Assembly (NCBI GenBank): GCA_040767965.1
Contig: JAXGNR010000004.1
Location: forward strand, 640,001-704,000
Length of the DNA: 64,000 nucleotides
DNA from: Atribacterota bacterium
Lineage (GTDB): Bacteria > Atribacterota > Phoenicimicrobiia > Phoenicimicrobiales > Stramentimicrobiaceae
Direction: 5' to 3'
Of the stretch, positions 50,157 to 59,730 are shown piece by piece. Positions within the stretch are counted from its first letter, which is position 1. The number at the start of each line of letters is the position of its first letter. The position numbers and the translations under genes are program-made. Below the pieces are notes generated by a model. The model was not told the origin of the DNA. It was given only the letters and a program-made list of their open reading frames with translations, and searched no databases.

Positions 50157-50864
50157 TTATAAGTTTTTTCTTAATTCTTCCAAAGCACTCTTTTTAACCC
50201 TTGAAACCTGTTTTTGGGTCAGACCCAGTATTTTTGCTGCTGAAGTTTGAGTGATGTCTTTCACAAAAAGATAATAAATAACATCTTTCTGGATTTTTTT
50301 AAGGGTATTAAAAGCATTTTTTAACTGTATTATATCCTCAACCGGCAAACGGAAAGACTGATACCCTTTACTTTTTATCTGATCCAGAAGAGGGTAATTT
50401 TCAGAGGCATCACCTCTGTTATCACTATCCAGTGAGACAATTTGCACTGATTCTCTGCCTTTGAGGATTTCTGCAATGCCCTCTTCGGTTATATTAAAAT
50501 GATCTGCAATTTCTCCAATATCAGGAAAGCGATTATGTTTTTTTTTGAAACTTGCGGTGAATTTATCTATTTTCTTATTATATTCTTTCACCCAATGAGG
50601 AATATTCACAATAGTATGCTTATCCCTGATATAGTGCCTTATTTCTCCGTTTATTAACCAACTGGCGTAAGTCTCAAATTTTACTCCTTTAGCTTTATCA
50701 AATAAATTAAGAGCGTTAATAAGTCCCAGATAAGCAATCTGCTCCAGATCATCCAACGGCTCACCGGAATTAATATATTTGCGGGCAATAGATTTTACCA
50801 GGGGTGTATACTTACTGATAGCATCCTCACTGATCTTTTCAGTAGTTCCCGGGTTCATAATCAT
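50157..50864 (-). CDS. Alternative sigma factor, SigB/SigF/SigG type
   Basis: LVKSIARKY..GEPLDDLEQIAYLGLINA..FD..KGVKFETYASWLINGEIRHYIRD; region 3 P..EIA, VSLD; region 4 TQ..AKILGLTQKQVSR. Confidence 0.92.
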   Translation of the reverse strand: MIMNPGTTEKISEDAISKYTPLVKSIARKYINSGEPLDDLEQIAYLGLINALNLFDKAKGVKFETYASWLINGEIRHYIRDKHTIVNIPHWVKEYNKKIDKFTASFKKKHNRFPDIGEIADHFNITEEGIAEILKGRESVQIVSLDSDNRGDASENYPLLDQIKSKGYQSFRLPVEDIIQLKNAFNTLKKIQKDVIYYLFVKDITQTSAAKILGLTQKQVSRVKKSALEELRKNL

Positions 50865-51363
50865 TCTTCTTTAATTCCTTCTTAATTTTTTTAATGTTCG
50901 GGTAATCAGTAATATCCTTTTCTCTTCTTTTTTTGTCAATGGATACTGTGTGAACAGCATCTCTTGCTTTTAATATCTCTTTCAGCCCTTCCGGTGATAT
51001 TTTCAGCATTTGAGATATTTTTGCCAAATCCGGAAATTTCCTGAACTGCCTGTAATACCTGATAACAAATTGATTGATCAGTTTATTCATCAGCTTTATC
51101 CAGGCTGGAATTTTTATTTTATCATATTTATCCCGAATAAAATTGCGTATTTCGCCGGCAATTAGGATTCGGGCATTTTCTAAAAATGCTGTTTCATTTT
51201 CATTTTTTTTATAGATATTGAGAGCATTTATCAAACCGATATAGCCGGCCTGTTTCAGGTCTTCAGGTTCTTCTCCTGAATTTTCAAATTCTCGGGCCAC
51301 CTCATCCAGGAGATAAATGTATTTTTCTGTTTCTCTATAATCAAATATTTTCTTGTTTTTCAT
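50839..51363 (-). CDS. Truncated sigma-factor paralogue (regions 2-3 only)
   Basis: GEEPEDLKQAGYIGLINA..GEIRNFIRDK..IPAW..FPDL..VSID; stops before region 4. Confidence 0.8.
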   Translation of the reverse strand: MKNKKIFDYRETEKYIYLLDEVAREFENSGEEPEDLKQAGYIGLINALNIYKKNENETAFLENARILIAGEIRNFIRDKYDKIKIPAWIKLMNKLINQFVIRYYRQFRKFPDLAKISQMLKISPEGLKEILKARDAVHTVSIDKKRREKDITDYPNIKKIKKELKKNDYEPGNY

Positions 51364-51426
51364 AATCTTACCATTGCTTTTTACAATCTATTATTTTGCT
51401 AATATGTAATATTTATACTGCATCTG

Positions 51427-52632
51427 TTAAACTAATTCTACCATGCTGAATATTGGTAAATACATTGCGATAACCATAGTGCCTACTCCCAGGGCAACCA
51501 GTGCCATCATGGCAGGTTCTATTACTGAGGTTAATTGTTCAACAGCTCTTTCCACTTCCTGGTCATAAAATTTGGAAATATTTAAAAGCATGGTTTCCAG
51601 TTCTCCGCTTTCCTCTCCTACCATTATCATCTGAGTAACCATAGGAGGGAAAACTCCACTTTCTTCCAGTGGCGCTGAAATGCTCTGGCCTTCCTTGATG
51701 CGGTCTGCAGAGATGGAAACAGCTTCAGCAAGAATATCATTACCGATTGATTCAGCGGAAACTTTTAGTGATTGAATTATTGGAACACCACTGCGGATTA
51801 ATGTTCCCAGTATGCGGGTAAATCTGTTGATTGATGTTTTTAAAAAAAGGTTGCCGAAAATTGGCAATTTTAACTTTATACGGTCAATATTACGATGACC
51901 GTTTTTAGTGCGGCTGTAAGATATGAATAAAAATATTAAAATTGCAGTAACAGCCAGAAAGATATACCAGTACTGATTGAACGTTCTGGTAAAATTAACA
52001 AGTATTCTGGTTAAAAATGGCAGCTGTCCTCCGAACTGCTGGAAAACTGAGACAAACTGAGGAAGAATAAAAGTCAGCATAAATATGCCCATGATAACTG
52101 CAGCTCCCATTATAAAACCGGGATAAGTCATGGCTGATTTTATTTTTTGGCGCAATTCGTATTCTTTTTCCATCAAAGTTGCTATTCTGTTTAAAATATC
52201 ATCCAGCACACCACCCATCTCTCCGGCTTTAATCATATTTACATATAATGCCGAAAATGTTTCGGGAAATGCGGCAAAAGAATCAGTCAAAGTGGCACCC
52301 TGCTCAACATTTTTCTTAATATTTTCTATTTTTTTGGCTAATAATTTATTTTCTGTCTGCTTAGTTAATATTTCCAGGCAGCTAACCAGAGTTAAACCGG
52401 CTGATACCATTGTGGCAAACTGGCGGAAAAAAATAGCTAAATCTCTTATTTTAATAGACTGAAACAGGGTTATATCGGTGGATAAAAGACCGGCACTTTT
52501 TTTGTTTATAGAAATTACAAAATATCTCATTTCCCGAAGGCGATCCAGGGCAGATTCCCTATTGTCACTATCAATGGTGCCTGTCAGGATCTGCCCGGCA
52601 TTGTCTCGAGCTTTATATGTAAATGTTGGCAT
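51427..52632 (-). CDS. pilC: Type IV pilus platform protein PilC (GspF family)
   Basis: FTYKARD, FFRQFATM, AGEMGGVL, SAMTYP, MVGEESGEL, IEP, MYLPIF. Confidence 0.96.
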   Translation of the reverse strand: MPTFTYKARDNAGQILTGTIDSDNRESALDRLREMRYFVISINKKSAGLLSTDITLFQSIKIRDLAIFFRQFATMVSAGLTLVSCLEILTKQTENKLLAKKIENIKKNVEQGATLTDSFAAFPETFSALYVNMIKAGEMGGVLDDILNRIATLMEKEYELRQKIKSAMTYPGFIMGAAVIMGIFMLTFILPQFVSVFQQFGGQLPFLTRILVNFTRTFNQYWYIFLAVTAILIFLFISYSRTKNGHRNIDRIKLKLPIFGNLFLKTSINRFTRILGTLIRSGVPIIQSLKVSAESIGNDILAEAVSISADRIKEGQSISAPLEESGVFPPMVTQMIMVGEESGELETMLLNISKFYDQEVERAVEQLTSVIEPAMMALVALGVGTMVIAMYLPIFSMVELV

Positions 52633-52937
52633 TTTCCGATACCTCCTTTACTACCCTCTGGTTTTTCCATATTTGCATAAAACAAAAGCCTGAAGGATAA
52701 TAAAATAGTTTTTATTAAAAAAGTACAGACCATAGTATTTAGCTATATTTTATTATTATATATATTTTTCTAATTTACAACAACAAAATAATTAGTTCTA
52801 ATAATGTAAAGATATTTATGAGTTTTATTTGTGATATGATTTACTGTTAAAAATATCTGTTGCCGGGAAATATCTGTGATTAAAAAAAGATGTGATCTGA
52901 GAATTAATTGTTTTTTAAAAAGCTTTTAAAATAATTT

Positions 52938-54694
52938 TCAGTTGCTGGTAGTGGTACGAATTACTTCTTCTATTGTAGTAATTCCCTGGATGACATTTTT
53001 TAATCCATCTTCTTTCAAAGTAACCATGCCATTTTTTTAATGGCAGTTTCTCTAATATCACCCAGACTGGCTCTTTTATATATCAATTCACGAATATTTT
53101 CATTAACTACCATCAATTCAAAAATAGCAGTTCTGCCTTTGTAGCCGGTATGCTTGCAATGCGGGCAGCCCTCTCCATGATAAGCTTTAATATCATCTGC
53201 AGTAAAATTAAATTCTCCCATAATATTTTTTATTTCTTCGGTAATTTCTATTTCTTTTTTGCAATGAGGGCATATTTTTCTAACAAGTCTTTGGGCGATT
53301 ACACCAATAACTGATGTTGAAATCAAAAAAGGTTCAATGCCCATATCAACTAAACGGATAATAGAACTGGGAGCATCGTTGGTATGTAATGTGCTTAAAA
53401 CCAGATGTCCGGTTAAAGCAGACTGAATGGCAATATCGGCTGTTTCCTTGTCTCTTATTTCTCCTACCAGCATTATATCAGGATCCTGTCTTAAGAAACT
53501 GCGCAGTCCGGCAGCAAAAGTTAATCCGATTTTGGGCTGAGCCTGTAACTGGCTTATTCCATCCAATCGGTATTCTACCGGGTCTTCAATGGTCATAATC
53601 TTTTTCTCTATTGAGTTTAATATATTCAAAGTTGCATATAAAGTGGTGGATTTTCCGCTACCCGTTGGTCCGGTAACCAATAGAATACCATTGGGCTTTT
53701 CAATCAATTCTTGATATTTTTTGAGATTGTAGCTGGAAAACCCAATTGATTTTAAATCCAGCTTTATCTGGGCAGGGTCCAATATTCTTAAAACAGCACT
53801 TTCCCCGTTTACCGCAGGAATAGTAGATACCCGAAAGTTAATTTCCCTTCCATGGACCTGAACTTTTATTCGACCGTCTTGAGGAAGGCGCCTTTCGGCA
53901 ATATTTAAATTTGACATTATTTTTATCCTGGAAATAATAGCCATATGCAAGCTTCTGGGTGGAGACATTATATCGTGCAAAATACCGTCAATTCGATACC
54001 TGACCTTTAACGCTTTATCTCCATAAGGCTCAATATGGATGTCACTAGCCCCCTCTTTTATTGCTCGCAGCATTATCAGATTTACAAGAGATATTACCGG
54101 TGCCTCGTGAGATTCGCTTACACTTTTGGCTATATCCATATCTTCAATATTGTCTTCAACTGCAGTAACAGCAAGGGAATTAATTTCTCCCATCATTTGC
54201 TGCCAGTTCTCGGTAATACCGTAAACAGAATCAAGTACTTTGTTGATATCATCACTGGAGGATAACCGTGGCTCAATCTCATAGCCAGTTCTTATTTTGA
54301 TTTCATCTTGTGTATATACATCTAAAGGATTGGCCATAGCTACTATTATCTTATCATTTTTCTTTCCTATAGTTACCAGATGATGTTTTCTTGATAAGTC
54401 TTCCGGTAGAATGGCCACTATGGAAGGATCCAGAGCCTTTCCGTCCAGATTAATGTAGGGAATACCTATTTCTTCTGAGAGAATTTCCATGATCTGTTTT
54501 TTGTCTATTAAACCCATGCTAATGATAATATTTTGAATATTGGTGTTTTTATCATTTTGCTTTTGATATATTTTTTCTAAATCACTTTTTTTCAGGATAT
54601 TTCTGTTAAGAAGGACATCTAAAAGAAATTCTCCTGTTATTCCCTTTTCTGTAATTGTTCTTTTTGTCATATATTCCTCTGAATTCGAAATCAA
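52938..54694 (-). CDS. pilB: Type IV pilus extension ATPase PilB (copy in the pilus locus; frameshift in A7 run at ~53035)
   Basis: ASDIHIEP, ERRLPQDGR, GPTGSGKSTT, LRQDPD, TGHLVLSTLHTND, CPHC..CPHC; the true C-terminus GMVTLKEDGLKNVIQGITTIEEVIR lies in a shifted frame ending 52938. Confidence 0.95.
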
Positions 54695-54777
54695 GTTTAT
54701 ATTTTATTAGACATATTTTGTATAAATAATTATTTTATCAGAATTATTCTATTTTTGCATTTGATATTGAAATATTT

Positions 54778-55317
54778 TTATGCAGGCCATTTATCTTTAA
54801 TTAATTTTAGTTTACCACTTTTTATCCATGATTCCATAAAAATATTTTCCAAAGTGCGATAAACAATTCTGGTGCCAATGGAATCTTTTCCCTGTAATGG
54901 TTTAACCAAAATAGTAAATAAGTTCAGACGGTTGCCTCCCAATATGTCAGTAAAGATCTGGTCTCCGATTACCGCAGTTTCCAGGTTGTTAGTCTTCATA
55001 ATTTTTAAGGCTTCTTTGAAGGGACGGGCAGCAGGTTTATAGCGGCTTGAATAAAAAGGAATGCCCAATTTCTCTCCAATTTCCCTGATATGCCCTGAAT
55101 GGCTGTTAGAGACAATGCATATTTTTATAAAATTCTTTTTAACTTTCTGTATCCAGGAAATAATATCTTCGCTTAACTCCTTTTTACCCCAGGGAACCAT
55201 AGTGTTATCCAAATCAATAATAATTCCTTTGATGTTTTTTTCTTCTTTCAATTTTTTTACATCTATTTTACAAATGTTTTCAATATAAATTTTAGGTATT
55301 AAACAGTGCAGCATCAT
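54778..55317 (-). CDS. yqeG: YqeG family HAD IIIA phosphatase
   Basis: IIDLDNT, IVSN, KP, IGDQIFTDILGGNR. Confidence 0.92.
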   Translation of the reverse strand: MMLHCLIPKIYIENICKIDVKKLKEEKNIKGIIIDLDNTMVPWGKKELSEDIISWIQKVKKNFIKICIVSNSHSGHIREIGEKLGIPFYSSRYKPAARPFKEALKIMKTNNLETAVIGDQIFTDILGGNRLNLFTILVKPLQGKDSIGTRIVYRTLENIFMESWIKSGKLKLIKDKWPA

Positions 55318-55425
55318 TATCTCCTTGTATTGCTGAATTGCTATAATTATATTTTAAATATTTTTTTTAAAGGCAATCAAATCAATAACTTTTTTTAATT
55401 AACTGGTAGCTTTGCTTTAATTCTG

Positions 55426-56385
55426 TCAGGGTTTATTGTCTAAATGCTCTTCATAAGTTTTTGAAAAAACATGCTCTCCTTCTTTGCCAACTACAAAAAA
55501 AATATACTCTTCATTGGCAGGCTCTGCTGCTGCCAGGATTGAATCAAGTCCTGGATTGCAAATAGGAGCAGGAGGTAGCCCATAATTTAAATAGGTATTA
55601 AAAGGGGATTCAATTTCCAGTTCAGTATAAGTAAGTTCCTCTTTAGGTTCATCCAGCAAATACTGGACAGTGGCACAGGATTGCAACCTCATGCCGCTTA
55701 TCAATCTGTTATAAAATACTGATGCGATTTTAGGTTTATCATCCTTGCCCTGAGCTTCTTTTTCTATAATGGAAGCCAGGATAACAATCTGGTGAAAGTC
55801 AAGATCAGCAGGAAACTCCTGTTCAGGATCAATATGGGCAAAAACTATCTTTTTAAAATTATTAACCAGCAAATTTAATGTATTTCTCGCACCATAATTT
55901 TTAGGCACTGTGTATGTATCCGGAAAAAGATAACCCTCCTGATATTCATTGTCCTCTTGTATAAGCTGCATAAGTTCTTCGTATTCAGCTATTCCTTTTT
56001 CTTCCAGCAGGCGGGCAATCTGCTTATTTTGAAAACCTTCCGGTATTGTAATTTTGTGAAGCATTACTTTTCCTCTGACTAGCATTTCAATAATTTGCAG
56101 CAGGTTCTGGGATGAGCTAAACTGATATTCTCCGGATTGTAATTTTCCGTCAGCTTTCATAGCCCTGGTCAATAATTGGAAAACAATATTATAAGGCCTT
56201 ATAATCCCTTCTTCTTCCAGTAAATGCCTTATCTTAACACTATTATAATCAAAAGGTATTTCTAAAGCTTTTATGGTAGGATCAACGCTATTAAAAGGAA
56301 TATAAATCCAGGTTGCAACTAATGTGCAAACTAAAAATATTCCCACAAAAAGAAAAATTAATAGATTGATTATCCTGTATTTCAT
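55426..56385 (-). CDS. mltG: Endolytic transglycosylase MltG
   Basis: TIPEG, EGYLFPDTY, LASIIEKE, SPFNTY..GLPPAPICNPG. Confidence 0.95.
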   Translation of the reverse strand: MKYRIINLLIFLFVGIFLVCTLVATWIYIPFNSVDPTIKALEIPFDYNSVKIRHLLEEEGIIRPYNIVFQLLTRAMKADGKLQSGEYQFSSSQNLLQIIEMLVRGKVMLHKITIPEGFQNKQIARLLEEKGIAEYEELMQLIQEDNEYQEGYLFPDTYTVPKNYGARNTLNLLVNNFKKIVFAHIDPEQEFPADLDFHQIVILASIIEKEAQGKDDKPKIASVFYNRLISGMRLQSCATVQYLLDEPKEELTYTELEIESPFNTYLNYGLPPAPICNPGLDSILAAAEPANEEYIFFVVGKEGEHVFSKTYEEHLDNKP

Positions 56386-56391
56386 CAGATA

Positions 56392-56820
56392 TTATCTTTC
56401 TTTTTTCAGATAATTTTTCCTATCCAGATAAGATTGTAAAATAATTACTGCTGATAACCTGTCAACAGCTTTCTTTCTCTTTGCTCTGCTTTGATCAGCC
56501 ATCAAAAGAACCTGTTGGGCGCTTACCGTGCTGAGTCTTTCATCTTCAAAATCTATTGGCAGGTTGCTTTTTTCTTGTATGATTTTTGCCTGTTCCTGCA
56601 CTTTTTGTGCTTTTGGCCCAAGGGTACCGTTCATGTTTCTGGGCAGACCAAACACGATCAATTGAATATTTTTTTCTTTTACAATATTTAATATTTTATC
56701 ATATATTTCTTCAGGATTATCCAGCTGAATTGTTTTTAGACCCTGGGCTGTTATCCCTAAAGGGTCGCTAACTGCTAGACCAATTCTTTTTTCACCCATA
56801 TCAATTCCTAATATTTTCAA
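56392..56820 (-). CDS. ruvX: YqgF/RuvX nuclease
   Basis: ILGIDMGEKRIGLAVSD, GLP, DERLST, ILQSYLD; follows alaS. Confidence 0.95.
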   Translation of the reverse strand: MKILGIDMGEKRIGLAVSDPLGITAQGLKTIQLDNPEEIYDKILNIVKEKNIQLIVFGLPRNMNGTLGPKAQKVQEQAKIIQEKSNLPIDFEDERLSTVSAQQVLLMADQSRAKRKKAVDRLSAVIILQSYLDRKNYLKKER

Positions 56821-57000
56821 TAATAACTCCTTCTGATAAAATTAGTTTAACAGATATATTTTTAATATGTATGTATATTATAATAGGGTTCTTCGAAAAT
56901 CAAATAATATAATGAGGTCAGGAAGATAATAGAAAAATATATTGAAAAAAAAGATCTTTATAGCACTTTTACAGATAAAAATAATATTAAAATGAAGAAA

Positions 57001-59652
57001 TTACAGCTGAATGTTTTCTTCTATATTTTCGAAAGATTTTTTTAAATGTTCCAGACCTGTTCCACCTGCCTGGGCAAAGTTTCTTTTTCCTCCGCCTTTA
57101 CCGTTTACTGCAGTAGCAAATGGTTTTATTATTTTCCCAGCATCATAACCTTTATTAATTAAATCATCAGTAACCATTACAATAATACTGATTTTATCCT
57201 CTTCCAGCTTTGCTCCCAATATAATTATTCCAGAATTTAGTTTTTCTTTAATCAGGTCGCCTATTTCTCTTAAATCTTTTTTATCTTTAACATCAACTAT
57301 TGAAGAAATAACAGCAGTATTTTTGATAATATTTTTATTTTTAATTATTTCATCAACACGGAAAGGCATAATTTCTTTCCAGAGAAGTCTGAATTCACGT
57401 TTTAAATTTTCGTTTTCAGAAATTAATTGTTGAATTTTAGCAATAATGTTTTTTTTCGGTGTATCCAGTAATTTTTGCAGTTCTAGTAACTGATTTTCAT
57501 TTTCTTTAATGGCTGCACGGGCTTTTTCTCTGGTAACAGCCTCTATTCTTCTTAAACCGCTACCAATACTTTGTTCAATTTCAATCTTGAAAAATCCTAT
57601 CTTGGAAGTGTTATCAAGATGAGTTCCACCACAGAGTTCCTTACTGAACCCTCCAATATCAATCATTCTGACTGTATCTCCATATTTCTCTCCAAACAGG
57701 GCGATAGCGCCTTCTTCTTTAGCTGATTTGATATTAGTTATGGATGATTTTACCGGGTATCCTTCTTCAATCTGTTTATTGATTATTTTTTCTATTTCTT
57801 CCAGTTCTTCATCTGATATGCTTTTATAGTGAGTAAAATCAAAACGTAAATGATCCGCGGTTACTGAAGAACCAGCTTGTTTAACATGTTCACCTAAAAC
57901 ACTTCTTAGTGCGTGATGAAGCAGATGAGTAGCTGTATGATTTGCTGCAATTGCTAATCGTTCCTGATTATGAACCTGGGCTTTAACTTTTTGGTTTACC
58001 ATGAAAGATCCTTTTTCAACAGTTGCATAATGAACAATAATGTCATCGACAGGGGTTTGGGTATCGTAAATATTAGCTGATGAAAATTCTTCATTATCTA
58101 AACTGGTAATGACTCCGCAGTCACCTTTTTGCCCTCCCTTTTCTGCATAAAAAGGGGTTTCTTTAAGAATTATCAATCCTTTTTGCCCTGAATCCAGTTG
58201 GGTTACCTGTTCACCCTGCTTTATGATTGCGATAATTTCGGTCTGGGAAGAAATCTGATGATAACCTGTAAATACAGATTCACCAAATTTTGATAACAGG
58301 CCCTGTAAAATAGCAGATATTTTTTCTTCCTGCCTTTGTTCATCTTTCCCTGCCGGCCAGGATTGTCTTGAACGATTTTTTTGTTCCTGCATGTATTTAT
58401 CATAATCTTTTTCATCAACTATAAATCCAGATTCGCTTAGTATATCTTTAGTAATTTCTAAAGGAAAACCGTAAGTATCATAAAGAGTAAAGGCATCTTT
58501 ACCATTTAATATTTTTTGATTACCTGATTTAAGTTTACCTAAATAGGTTTCCAGAATACCTAATCCAAGATTAAGAGTTTCCTGAAATTTATTTTCTTCA
58601 ATAAGAATTAACTCATAGATATCTTTCTCTTTTTCTTTCAATTCAGGGTAAGCTCCTTGCATTATATTTATAACAGAAGGGGCGGCATCGTATAAAAAAG
58701 GTTCATTCAATCCGAGAACTTTGCCATAGCGGTAAGCCCTTCTCAGGAGCATTCTTAAAACATATCCTCTTCCTTCATTAGAAGGAAGTATTCCATCTGA
58801 AATCATAAAAACTAAAGCTCTTAAATGATCAGCAATTACCTTTAAAGCTATGTTGTATTCATTTTTTTCATTATATTTAACGCCTGCTTTTTGAGCTGTA
58901 TATTGAATAATTGGTAAAAAAAGGTCTGTTTCAAAATCTGATGGTGCTTTTTGTAAAACTGAGGAAATTCTTTCCAGTCCCAGTCCTGTATCAATATTTT
59001 TATTAGGTAAAGTCTCCAGCGAACCATCTTCGTTACGGTTAAACTGCATAAAAACCAGATTCCATAACTCTAAATATCGGTCATTTTCCCCTACCCCACC
59101 ATTTTTGGAATCTCTTTCCGGTCCAAGATCTATATATATTTCCGAACAAGGACCGCATGGCCCGACAGGTCCTACTTTCCAGAAGTTATCTTCTTCTCCC
59201 AGGCGGACAATATGGTTTTCAGATAAACCAATCATGTTATGCCATAAGATGAATGATTCATCATCATCTTTGTAAACAGATACAAAAAGTTTTTCTTTGG
59301 AAAAACCGATTATATCAGTAAAAAACTCCCAGCTCCATTTAATTGCATCTTCTTTAAAATAGTCACCAAAAGAAAAATTACCAAGCATTTCAAAAAAAGT
59401 ATGATGTCTTGCAGTTTTGCCTACATTTTCAATATCATTAGTCCTCAGACATTTTTGAGAAGTGGTTGCCCTTTTTAAACTGGATTTTTTTTGTCCCAGG
59501 AAGATAGGCTTAAAAGGTACCATTCCCGCAATTGTAAACAGTATGCTGGGATCTTCAGGAATAAGAGAAGCGCTTGGTATTATTTTATGCTCTTTAGATT
59601 GAAAAAAATCTAAAAAAGCGGTTCTGATTTGATGACTACTCATTTCTTTCAT
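57001..59652 (-). CDS. alaS: Alanine--tRNA ligase
   Basis: RHHTFFEMLGNFSFGDYFK, GPCGPCSE, HTATHLLH, ELCGGTH, GGG..FAQAGG. Confidence 0.99.
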   Translation of the reverse strand: MKEMSSHQIRTAFLDFFQSKEHKIIPSASLIPEDPSILFTIAGMVPFKPIFLGQKKSSLKRATTSQKCLRTNDIENVGKTARHHTFFEMLGNFSFGDYFKEDAIKWSWEFFTDIIGFSKEKLFVSVYKDDDESFILWHNMIGLSENHIVRLGEEDNFWKVGPVGPCGPCSEIYIDLGPERDSKNGGVGENDRYLELWNLVFMQFNRNEDGSLETLPNKNIDTGLGLERISSVLQKAPSDFETDLFLPIIQYTAQKAGVKYNEKNEYNIALKVIADHLRALVFMISDGILPSNEGRGYVLRMLLRRAYRYGKVLGLNEPFLYDAAPSVINIMQGAYPELKEKEKDIYELILIEENKFQETLNLGLGILETYLGKLKSGNQKILNGKDAFTLYDTYGFPLEITKDILSESGFIVDEKDYDKYMQEQKNRSRQSWPAGKDEQRQEEKISAILQGLLSKFGESVFTGYHQISSQTEIIAIIKQGEQVTQLDSGQKGLIILKETPFYAEKGGQKGDCGVITSLDNEEFSSANIYDTQTPVDDIIVHYATVEKGSFMVNQKVKAQVHNQERLAIAANHTATHLLHHALRSVLGEHVKQAGSSVTADHLRFDFTHYKSISDEELEEIEKIINKQIEEGYPVKSSITNIKSAKEEGAIALFGEKYGDTVRMIDIGGFSKELCGGTHLDNTSKIGFFKIEIEQSIGSGLRRIEAVTREKARAAIKENENQLLELQKLLDTPKKNIIAKIQQLISENENLKREFRLLWKEIMPFRVDEIIKNKNIIKNTAVISSIVDVKDKKDLREIGDLIKEKLNSGIIILGAKLEEDKISIIVMVTDDLINKGYDAGKIIKPFATAVNGKGGGKRNFAQAGGTGLEHLKKSFENIEENIQL

Positions 59653-59730
59653 ATAAAAACTCCTTGTAAATATAAGCGATTGTTCATTTTTTTAAAAAAC
59701 TGATTTTATTAATAAAAAATAGTATTAGAT

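Noticed and set aside
59653-59730. T-box upstream of alaS
   Set aside because: The intergenic region is only 78 nt and lacks the GGTGGNACC motif.
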